A stretch of 64,000 nucleotides of DNA, taken from positions 10,996,037-11,060,036 of the forward strand of contig NC_068987.1 of the NCBI RefSeq assembly GCF_001194135.2, given 5' to 3'. This document shows, piece by piece, positions 54,006 through 64,000 of the stretch. This stretch comes from Octopus bimaculoides. Taxonomy: Eukaryota. The position numbers were made by a program, and so were the translations under genes. The notes under the pieces are model-generated. The model had not been told where the DNA came from and did no database searches. It was given only the letters and a program-made list of their open reading frames with translations. Each line of letters starts with the position of its first letter. Within the stretch, counting starts at the first letter, position 1.

Positions 54006-55061
54006 TTACAATAGCCTCTGCCCATGTGAGAGCACCATCTTTTTATTGCAGCCCATTCTCTGATACATGCTCAACCTATCTGTCTTTATTCCTTCCTGAA
54101 CCCTACGTGAACTATTAAACCCTTTTGACACTAAATCATCTGAGGCTGCCCTTTGTTCTATGATACAAACATCCTGTTTTAAAGTGATCTAAATTAAAAT
54201 CTTTCATTAAAATTCCATGTTAATTTATGCTCCTAACACCAGCAAGCTGGCAGGACCGTTAGCACAGCAGGTGAAACACTTAGCGGTATTTCGTTCGTCC
54301 TTACATCCTGAGTTCAAATTACACCGAGGCTGGCTTTCCCTTCATCCTTTTAGAATTGATAAAATAAGCACCAGTTAAACACTGGGGTTGATATAATTGA
54401 CTTGACTACTCCTGGGTATGAGCATAAAATAAAAAAAAAATTAAAATTGCACCCCTCTACCAAACCATATCAAACCAGTGTGGCCGAGTTGACTCATCAA
54501 ACCAGTATGGTCTCAAGCTCAAATTCACAGTCTCCACATCAGACCGTGGTTGGTGGAGAGAACATGCAGAGGCCTTTGTTCTGCAGTGGACTGAACGTGG
54601 GCAATCCAACCTTACCCAACCCAATCGAATCCAGTATCAGCTAAATAAGGATGAAAATTATTTTACTAAATTCTTCATTATTTTCAAAATTAATTGGAAC
54701 GAAAAGGCTGTATTTTTTCAACAGCAAAAAAAAAAAATGTGGTAACAGAAAGATTCANNNNNNNNNNCCGCTAAGCATTTCGCCCGGCGTGCTAACGCTT
54801 CTGCCAGCTCGCCGCCTCGGACATTTTTAAGCATGCTGACTATACTAGTTGAAATTGATATTATCTAATAATATTAATTTCTCCTCCTATTATTAAACAA
54901 CTACTTATGTAACTATTAAAGTTTTCTTTCCCGGCCTCCGTCAGAATTTCCAGAATTCTAGCATAGGATGTGGTAGCGGACGGGTGTCAGTTATTATTTG
55001 TGATGTCTGATGTACTAGGCTCTTCGTATGTGATGTTGTAGTATCAGTAGCGATCACTTAC

Positions 55062-55268
55062 CATAGCTGAGAAAACTGCTCCTGGAGCAGCTACGCATAT
55101 GTGGGCGACAGCTCTCGAACTGGCGAATGGTAACAGGGCATAGTTTCCGGCGAAACCGAAATTAATAAAACACATCCAAATGAAGAACAAAGGTTTGCCC
55201 AACAACTCCGTGACGTTGAGGGTGAGCGTGAAGACAGCGAACAAGGTGGACAAGCTCATCATAGATAC
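55062..55268 (-). CDS. Internal coding exon of an MFS transporter, oxalate:formate antiporter (OxlT)-like; C-terminal-half TM helices
   Basis: Minus strand: acceptor gtccttctag|GTATCT at 55268 and donor GCTATG|gtaagt at 55062. 207 bp, 69 codons, phase 0-0, no stops: VSMMSLSTLFAVFTLTLNVTELLGKPLFFIWMCFINFGFAGNYALLPFASSRAVAHICVAAPGAVFSAM. The GKPLFFIW...GNYALLP...SRA motif matches my recollection of invertebrate OxlT-like MFS proteins (GKPMFFIWVC...GNFSLFP.A.A.AFG). GC and codon usage stand out from the flanks. Neighbouring exons were not located. Confidence 0.85.
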
Positions 55269-55574
55269 CTAGAAGGACATAGACATGTAAACAGTGAAAT
55301 ATACTGGTTTGATCACGTAAAATCATTCACAGACCCCACCCCCACCCCTTGGTTCATTTAGCGCGCTTTCTTTACTGTCTGTCTATTCTGCCATTACTAT
55401 AATAGCCTATTATAATGGTTTATGTCACTCTTACTCAAATATTTCTGACCCGCTCTTTTCTCTTCGTTTCATAAACCCTTGTGTCCAAGCCTAACCTTAA
55501 GGCCTGCAATAGTGACCACAGCAGTTCTTCCTTCCTTCCTTCCTAGGACGTCGGTCTTTTGGAATTCCTCCTTT

Positions 55575-55970
55575 AGGCGTAGGAATGGCTGTGTGGTAAG
55601 TAGCTTGCTTACCAACCACATGGTTCCGGGTTCATTCCCACTCTGCATGGCACCTTGGGCAAGTGTCTTCTACAATAGTCTCAGGCCGACCAAAGCTTGT
55701 GAGTGGATTTGGTAGATGGAAACTGAAAGAAGCCCGTCGTATATATGTATATATATGTGTATGTGTTTGTGTCTGTGTTTGTCCCCCAACATCGCTTGAC
55801 AACCGATGCTGGTGTGTTTACGTCCCCATAACTTAGCAGTTTGGCAAAAGAGACTGATAGAATAAGTACTAGGCTTCCAAAGAATAAGTCCTGGGGTCGA
55901 TTTGCTCGACTAAAGGCGATGCCCCAGCATGGCCGCAGTCAAATGACTGAAACAAGTAAAAGTGTAAAGA
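55575..55970 (+). mobile_element. SINE family A, full-length reference copy
   Basis: taggcgtaggaatggctgtgtggtaagtagc ... ggccgcagtcaaatgactgaaacaagtaaaag; about 300 bp upstream of the MFS exon acceptor, antisense to the gene. Further partial copies lie at about 7957, 28605, 29120, 30188, 31720, 39290-39760, 47580, 49483 and 50900. Confidence 0.85.
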
Positions 55971-56837
55971 GTATGTATATTATGGTGCGAGTATTTCTAA
56001 ACAAATTTATTTATGCGTTCCTTCCATCACTAATTTGCTAGGGGTTAATTTTGTGGTCTCAGTCACTCATACATCGTAGAAACCAAATTGACCCTATGTG
56101 TTGTTGGTGGTGGCAGTGGTGGCGGCAGCTGTTGTTGTTGTTGTTGTTGTTGTCTGTGTCACTAATCTACAAGTATGCAAACTGAACATTAATCGCATCC
56201 GGCCACTTGAAAAGCAGAATGAACACCTCTGTTAGTAGTAGTAGTAGTAGTAGTAGTAGTAACAACAAAAAAAAATGCATTATAAGTTGATGTTAATTTG
56301 TTAGTTAGATTTGTGGTAAGACCTTAGGAGAGTAAGAGGAGTAGTAGTAGGAGGTAACTTGAGAAAGTTGGAAATCAAAAGAAAGGAAATAGTCCATCCA
56401 GTGTAAGATAGACTTCCTTAATTCTCCACCTCCCCCAAACACCACATACTACCCGCCCCCTCCCGTTCACATCTATCAACATTAAGAACAGACTTTCAAA
56501 TGATATCTCTTCTTTCCTAGTAGAGGATAACACATTTTTTTTTTTTTTTCTTGTATTTCTTCTGAGAGCTCACTACTGCTGTTTAAATTTGTTCTTTTTC
56601 CCTTTTGCCATGCATCATTGAAAAGAAAAGGGGCCAGTTTCGGGTTTCTAATAAGGAGTTAAATAGCTTCAAGAGGAAGTAAAAAACATAAATAGGTTTG
56701 GAATATGAAAGCTGAAGGAAATACGAAATGATTTGGGAATTTTAGAATACAAAATATTTAGATCTTTAACCATTATTTTGGGAAAGGTTCTTTGTTCTTG
56801 TATTTTGCAAATAAATATCTCACACACAAATAAATAT

Positions 56838-57600
56838 CATCATCATCATCATCATCATCATCATCGTCATCATTTAATGCCCGTTTTTCATGCTGGCATG
56901 GGTTAGAAGGTTTGACTGATGATGGTAAGCTGAAGAGCTGCACCAAGCTCCAGTCTGTTTTGCCTTGGTTTGCATGGCTGGATGCCCTTCCTAACATCAC
57001 CCACTCCACAGAGTACTGTGTACCCTTTTACATATCTATTTCTTTATTGCCCACAGGGGGCTAAACATGGAGGGGACAAACAAGGACAGACAAAGGGATT
57101 AAGTCGATTACATCGACCCCAGTGCATAACTGGTACTTATTTCATCGACCCCGAAAGGATGAAAGGCAAAGTCGACCTTGGTGGAATTTGAACCCAGGAC
57201 GTAACAGCAGACAAAATACCACTAAGCATTTCGCCCGGCATGCTAACAATTCTGCCAGTTCACAGCCCTTTTACACATCACCAGCACAAGTGCCGTTCAC
57301 GCATCACTGTGTCATTCACAGGTGCCATTCACAAGTGCCATTCACGTATCACTGGACCACAACCATGATTTCACTTAGCTTAATGCATCTTCTCCACCAA
57401 AAGTCCCAGTCACTTGTCATCACTTCCACGAGACTCAACATCCGAAGATCACATTTCACCACCTCATCCCATGTTTCACTAGGTCTACTTCTTCCACAGG
57501 TTCCCTCAACAATTAGAGATTAGTACTTCTTTATGCAACTGTCCTCATCCATACACATCATGACTACACTACTGCAGTCTTTTCTCTCACACACTACATC
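56838..57600 (-). mobile_element. RTE-clade LINE 3' end (ORF C-terminus, 3' UTR, (ATG)n tail), decayed
   Basis: Minus-strand translation ...MCMDEDSCIKK..LIVEGTCGRSRPSETWDEVVKCDLRMLSLVEVMTSD..; followed by the UTR ending gcatgaaaaacgggcattaaatgatgacgatg. Confidence 0.8.
57033..57265 (-). mobile_element. Family D SINE nested in an RTE LINE 3' UTR, 10-bp TSD
   Basis: cccttttaca at 57023-57032 and 57266-57275. Confidence 0.85.
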
Positions 57601-57674
57601 TGATGCCTCTTATATATATATAGTGGCTGTATGGTAAGTAGCTTGCTTACCAACCACATGGTTCTGGGTTCAGT

Positions 57675-59100
57675 TCAACGGCTATGCAAAATTTCACGGA
57701 GGCACTTTTGTTGGACACGCTCCAACTGTTTCACATAACAACTGCTTAACAAAACAAAATGCTGTGAAAAAAAACACACTTTATGTAATTCCTTATAAAA
57801 CAGTTATGCAGAAGCGTATATAAATACCCTCGGAACAGTTTCTGAAAGCGAATGAAAAAATATGGTGAAGTATGAGGCAAAAAGAGAAAAGGTAGTTATA
57901 TGACATTGTCTTGCACCGTCACTGATTGAAAATAGCCTTGAGTATTCTCCACCAATTGCAACACACGCTATCATATTTTTATGAAAGGTCTGAATAAAAT
58001 TTGTAAATTTATCAGGACAACCAACTTTGCTAGAAATTGCTCATAATGCGTTACGCTTCATTGAATCAACGGCCTTGGTGAGGTCAATGAAGCAATGATA
58101 GAGATCAAGTCTCTTCTGAAAATATCACGTCATTGATTTCTCGTCCAGTGCGAAAATTTGATTTATACTCGGGAAAAAGAGATATCCTGATGTATTGAAT
58201 GAGCCTGTCAAAAATAATGATGCTCAATATTTTCCTTACAACTTTGAGGAGAGAAATGCCTCAAGAATTACCGTATATATCTTTATCACCTTTTCTTTTG
58301 TAGAACACCTTCAACAATAGAGCTCTCTAATTTTGAAGAACTGTATCATTTTCCCATAGATTAGATATAAGTTTATGCAAAATATCCAGCATAACATTTC
58401 CGACAGATTTCAGAACTTCTACAACAATACCATCACATCAATGCCAGGAGCTTTTCCATTTTTAAATTTGCGCACAGAATCTCTTCATTGAAAGTAAGCT
58501 GATCATCAGAAAGTGCTTTACTGGAATTCGCTGAATTAATTCTATAAAAAAATAATCAATGTTTGATGAGTAATTAAGCAGATTACTAAAGTATTCTTGC
58601 CGCCATCTTAGGGTCTTGAATCTTTAATAAGTGTTTTGCCATCCTTAGCTCTGATGAGAGTCCAAGGAATTGAGTCAGGACAATGAACCCGATTTATGAG
58701 CTTCTTTATATCTTTTTATTGCATGCTTTCTGAAAACTATAGCTATGCTCAACCCACCATTTATTTTTCATTATTTTCATTCCCTTTTAAATCTTTCACT
58801 GAATAGTTTTATTGAGCCAATAAATTTCACAAACTGACATATTGACAGAATTCTTACGTAGATCTATTACGTAAGATCTTTACGTATTTCAATTCTGTGC
58901 ACATTTGTAGCAAAAGTAAAACAGTAGAGTTTGACTTTGAGTGTACCACTTCATGGTGTTCTTAACAATTCCATATTCCAGAATTTTCATCAAATGCGTA
59001 GACATTCTCAAGAATTATTACTTTATCTCCAACTGGAACTGTCTGAATAATATCTTTTAGTTATCCATAAAGTAGATTTTTTCTTCATCAGAACTAGTTA
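57675..59100 (-). mobile_element. Decayed RTE-clade LINE ORF (endonuclease and RT remnants)
   Basis: Minus-strand remnants with stops and frameshifts: DKVIILENVYA (GDFNA region), SNSTVLLLLQMC, KNGKAPGID, MIACVAIGGEYSRLFSISDGARQC (VKQGC region), KQLERVQQKCLREIL. Confidence 0.75.
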
Positions 59101-59458
59101 TTGTTGGTGAAGAAGCACTGATAGACGTCACTGAGCGATTAAATGATACAGGCATGGACATACACACAATTCTGTTATTTAAACAAATTAATATTTAGTA
59201 AGATAAAGGATTAATGTTAACATAACTGCAAAATACATTCGATTCACACCTAAGATTATCATTTCTTCTATTCCAGAAAATAGTGCAGCCACAATTTAAT
59301 CAAGCAAGGTTCTTTAATTCTAACGGTCAACCACAATATCGGGTATGTGCTTTTTGGCAGTCACTTGATGACACCCTGGGCCCAGATACCTTTCTTTGGA
59401 ACCTTTCTCAAGAAGAGGCTGCGAGATCAAATCTCGCAAACCATTTTTGAATTTATAT

Positions 59459-59560
59459 TACCGTATTTTCCGGTGTATAAGCCGCTATATTTTTTACCTA
59501 GGAAATTTAGTGTGCGGCTTAGAGAAAGGTGCGCTAAAAGTGTATATTTTTTATAAGTTT
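59459..59560. mobile_element. pogo/Tigger-like DNA transposon terminal inverted repeat (one end)
   Basis: TA-CCGTATTTTCCGGTGTATAAGCCGC resembles pogo-family TIRs (from memory); the matching end was not found in the window. Confidence 0.5.
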
Positions 59561-59924
59561 CTGGAGGAAAATAATTTGTGTATGGAGATTGGAAGATTCC
59601 ACTGATTTTTTCAGAAGGTCGGTCGGTGAACGTGAAAGACTACTGCTACAGTACATTAGTTCCGACTACCAAAACTTTACCATACATTCTGGCTTCCTCT
59701 AAGTATCTCCTGTAAGCAAAGAACGTCGCAGTGCATCTTGCTGTTGATGCTTTGCTTTGAAGATAATAATACTTTGGTATTTATAGAGGTAACTGTCAGT
59801 GCTGATCAAAAAATATGATTCTTTTTCAAACACTGTCAACTGCTACATCCGTCTCTTGTCATGTTGTTACAATTGTTCTTGTGATGGCTACAGGATTGTA
59901 AAAACAGGACCGCAGTCTGAGCAC

Positions 59925-60435
59925 TTCTTTCAAGACTAAATTTTACTCTTTAGCAATGATTCGGTATCCAACAGGCTATATTGTTTACTCACTTTGCCAT
60001 TTTCGTCACCACTACCATGGTCTCTCACTTGAAGTTGCAAGTTGTTATAAACTCTCTTTTATCTCCAGTGACCACTCCTTCTCATGTCGCTCCCAAAACC
60101 ATGGTGAAAACAAGGCTTGAATGTTTCTTTCAAGACTAAATTTTACTCTTTAGCAATGATTCGGTATCCAACAGGCTATATTGTTTACTCACTTTGCAAT
60201 TTTCGTCACCACTACCATGGTCTCTCACTTGAAGCTGCAAGTTGTTATAAACTCTCTTTTATCTCCAGCGACCACTCCTTCTCATGTCGCTCCCAAAACC
60301 ATGGTGAAGACAAGGCCTGAATGTTTCTTTCTAGACTAAATTTTACTGTTTAGTAACAATTCGGTACCCAACAGGCTAAATGCCATTTTTATAACCACTC
60401 TCTTTCAAACCCAGTAGCAACTCCTACACGTGTCG
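59925..60435. repeat. 200-bp tandem repeat, two near-identical units plus a deleted third
   Basis: caagactaaa at 59931 and 60131, ctagactaaa at 60331. Confidence 0.9.
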
Positions 60436-60639
60436 AGCTCATTCATCTTGTCCTTCCTATCCAAAACTAAAACCTGCTGGCTGCCCACACTTTCCCTGCA
60501 AACATCTGACCTACAGATGTTACATTAAACATCAATTATATTAATCTCTACAGTCTAGGAGCGTCTACAAAGGTCATGGGCTCTCCTGCGCTTCCTGGAC
60601 TATCACATAAACAAACACAAAACATGACCACCAATTTTC

Positions 60640-61745
60640 CACCACCACTATTTCACTATGATCATCACTAGTACTACCATTAGAACTATTACCACTGTTA
60701 TTACCACCACTACACCAACATACCAAAACCACCACAAATAGTGTTTATTACTTTCGCACCACCGTTATAACCATTAGCACTAATAATATCATTGCTACCT
60801 CAACAACCACAATTACCACTACCAACACTATAATTACGACTAAAGCAAACACCAACACGCCACAACCGAACATATCATCACAGATCCCTCAAATGGTACT
60901 GTGCCCTTTAACTAAAAAATTTAAAAAAGGACATGTTGAATAATGGTAGTCATGAGTAGTACCCTGCACATAGGAAAACGATGGAATGGCCACGGTTTGA
61001 ATGTCATTCGGCTTATATCTTTTCGATTACGGCTGAGCTGGGGCAAAATAACAACAACAATAACAATAACCGCACCACTACTACTAACATCAGTACAAAT
61101 ACCAATACTACCACCACCACCACCAGCATCGTTATCATTACCACTATCATTATTATCATCACCATAGCTACCTTTAAAAAGACCACCACCGCTACCACCA
61201 CCACAACTACCTTAAAACCTCCAGCGCCGCCATGACCACAACTACCACTTATATGACCGAGCCCATCATCATCACTGTCACCATCGCAACTAATTCCATC
61301 ATCATCATCATCATCAGTATCATGGTCGTTGCAGTAGGTAACCAGTGGTAACAGCACCACCCACCTTCACCAAAGCTGCTACGACTGCTGCTGCTGTTGC
61401 TGCTGCTGCTGCCGTTGCTACTGCTGCTGCTGCTGCTGCAGGCGGTGGTGACAACAATAACAGCAGCAGTAGCAGCAGCAGAGCTGGTGCAGCTGCAGTA
61501 ACCTACATCTTTCCTTTCTTTTCTCAGTGACCTTTGCAATGAGTACATCTTCCATTACACAACAACCTAACAACGTCGTTCTATGTCAGACAGTTTCACT
61601 GACTGACTTACATAAAAACACATTGCTGCGTGTGCTGTGTATGTCTGCTGCGCTCTGCTGTGCTGTGTGCGTGCGTGCGTGAGTGCGTGTGCGTGCGTGT
61701 GTGTGTGCGCGTGTGTGTGAGTGCGCGCATGTGTGTGTGAGTGTG

Positions 61746-61793
<48 letters not shown>

Positions 61794-62577
61794 ATGTATG
61801 AGTGTGGTGTTTAAGCTGTATATGTTTGTATGCAGTGCGTGCTGTACGAGTGACTATGCTGTGTATGTGTGTTCGTTGTGTAATTGTATGCTGTATGTGT
61901 GTGCGAGTGGGTGTGTCTGTGTGTGTCTGTGTGTATGCGCTGCGTGTGCTGTGCTGTTTATGTATGTTTTGCAGCTACAACAGATCAATGGCAACATCAG
62001 CAGCAGCAGCAGTAGTAGTAGTAACAGTGGCTTGTGGGGATAGTTGTAGTAGCGAGCTAGTAATGGTGACGATGATGATGATAATGAGGAGGAGGAGAAG
62101 GCGGAGGATAGATGGATGGATGTAGTAGGCGTGTTAGTATTAATAACGGTGGTGTCGCTGGTGGTGGTGGTGGTGGTGGTGGTGGTGGTAACGGCGAGGA
62201 TAGCGATGACAGTACAGGTGATGGTGGTAGTGGTAGCGGTAGTAGCACTGAAGATACCAGCGGTGATGGTGGTGGTGATGATGCTGACGATAGTAACGAT
62301 GCGGTTGGTGGTGGTGGTGGTGGTGGTGGTGGTAACGGTTGCAGCTGAGGGTAATAGGGATCATAGTGGTGGCTTTGTGGCTGTGGCAATGATGATGGTG
62401 GTAATGACGGCGTTGATAATTGTGGCATGGTTGTTGTGGTAATAATTATGATGGTAGATGTTAACGCTGCAGTGGTAGCATTGCCAGTTTTAGAAGCAGT
62501 AGCACTACATCACAGTTAAACGTTCTTCTCTGCCTCATAAGCTAGGGCTTGTGTAATAGTTATTTGGTGTATACCTT

Positions 62578-62658
<81 letters not shown>

Positions 62659-62716
62659 TAGTAGTAGTAGCANNNNNNNNNNCAGCAGTAGTAGTAGTAG
62701 TAGTAGTAGTAGTAGC

Positions 62717-62753
<37 letters not shown>

Positions 62754-62760
62754 ACGATGA
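60640..62760. repeat. Extended low-complexity region (ACC, ATC, GCT, GCGT, GT, GGT and AGT arrays)
   Basis: Direct inspection; source of several low-complexity ORFs. Confidence 0.9.
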
Positions 62761-62981
62761 CGGCAACGGCGGCATCGGCAGAGGAGATAGTTTCTAACAT
62801 TAGCTAAAGGTCATGCATTTTAAGGGAGCGTTGTTGTTGTCGAGTATATCGACCCCTAGCACTTTGAAAGGATGAAAGGCATAGCCAACTGCAGCGAGAT
62901 TTGAACTCGAAACGTTGAAGGTACTTAATCAAATACCGCAAAGCAGTATTTGATTTAGCCTCTGTTGCTTTTGCCTTCCAC

Positions 62982-63016
<35 letters not shown>

Positions 63017-63469
63017 GCCGCTGCTGCTGGTACCTTCTACTATAGTTATAAGGCCTGCATTTTAAGGGAGGGAATTTTAAGGGAGTGAATTACTTCTACC
63101 TCAGTGCTCAACTGGTACTTATTTTATTGACTCCGAAAGGATGAAAGACAAAAGTCGACCCCGGCAGTATTTGAACCCAGAACGTAAAGACAGACGTAAC
63201 ACTGCTAAGCATTTTGTCCAGTGTGGTAACGATTCTGCCAGCTCGTCACCTTCAATAATAATCGTTTCAAGTTTTGAAAGAAGGAGAGCAATTTCGAGGG
63301 AGGGGATAAGTCAAATACATCAACGCCAGTGCTCAACTTAGTTTATTGACCCCACAAGGATGAAAGGTAAAGTCGACGTCGGACGAAATGCCGCCAAGCA
63401 TTCTGTCAGCCGTGCTAACAGTTCTCCCAGGTCACCATCTTCAGTAATAATAATAATAACAATAAAAAT

Positions 63470-64000
63470 AATAATGATTCCTTTATTAACCACAAGGTTT
63501 TACGTGAAGAAAAACATTATGGACAGCACAGGGTAAAACAAAATGTGTGAGTGTGTAGTTGTGAGGGCTTTGCGTGTAAGTAAGACTAATAAAATAGAAA
63601 AAAAAAAGATCAACAATCTATAATCCTCAATAGGGAGGAGACGTTCGAGGGTTGCTCATGGAAAACTCCCATAAAAACCATGCGTACCCTGACTTTTGGG
63701 TACGTTCACTCGTACCATTCTCGCCACTTTCATCCACCTTTCGGCAAACTGATTAGAAGACAGCACTTTCCTCTCTACCCTTATTTTCCTTTTCAAGTGA
63801 AACTTGAAGAGGTTCATTAGGGATTGGCCAAAGAGAAAAGTGTTTGTCTTCAGCCCCTTTATTCTCATCCACCACACAACTTCTTTCGCCATGGCCACCG
63901 GGCATATAAAAACAGTCTTTCCTTCACGGTTAAAGAAAGGCGGTGGGACGATCTTCACGATGGTTTCAGTTGATAGCCAGATCCGCGCCACACCTAACAT
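63470..64000 (-). mobile_element. L1/Tx1-type LINE 3' end
   Basis: ORF ...AKEVVWWMRIKGLKTNTFLFGQSLMNLFKFHLKRKIRVERKVLSSNQFAERWMKVARMVRV; the 3' UTR ends ccttgtggttaataaaggaatc plus an ATT-rich tail. Clade assigned from memory. Confidence 0.65.

Noticed and set aside
58651-58690. CTGATGA followed by a GTCC/GGAC hairpin
   Set aside because: Followed by AATGAAC rather than GAAA, and it lies within the span of a decayed RTE ORF.
60943-62800. Cluster of low-complexity ORFs (poly-H, P, G, T, V)
   Set aside because: Trinucleotide arrays stay open in several frames at once; no recognisable protein.

Overview
AT-rich, repeat-dense metazoan genomic DNA with many N-gaps next to microsatellites. The SINE and LINE content looks like an Octopus genome (inferred from recalled repeat families; no search was run). 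Nearly all ORFs in the supplied track are artefacts of microsatellites, N-runs or repeats. The only well-supported coding segment is a 207-bp phase 0-0 exon on the minus strand (55268-55062) of an MFS transporter, oxalate:formate antiporter (OxlT)-like. The window also holds one tRNA-Thr(UGU)-derived gene or pseudogene with a UCU anticodon, at least four tRNA-derived SINE families, decayed RTE, L1/Tx1, R4/Dong, CRE and CR1-type LINE fragments, piggyBac-type MITEs and a pogo-like end. The most notable signal is a set of hammerhead-ribozyme motifs in unrelated repeat contexts. (1) A near-complete type I hammerhead with a GUC cleavage triplet sits inside a long hairpin at 52219-52361 (minus strand, same sense as the MFS exon). 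(2) A hammerhead core lies in the tail of a tRNA-headed SINE-like element (47188-47460). (3) A Penelope-type minimal hammerhead is at 6196-6231. Catalytic activity is not demonstrated for any of them. No CRISPR or prokaryotic features.
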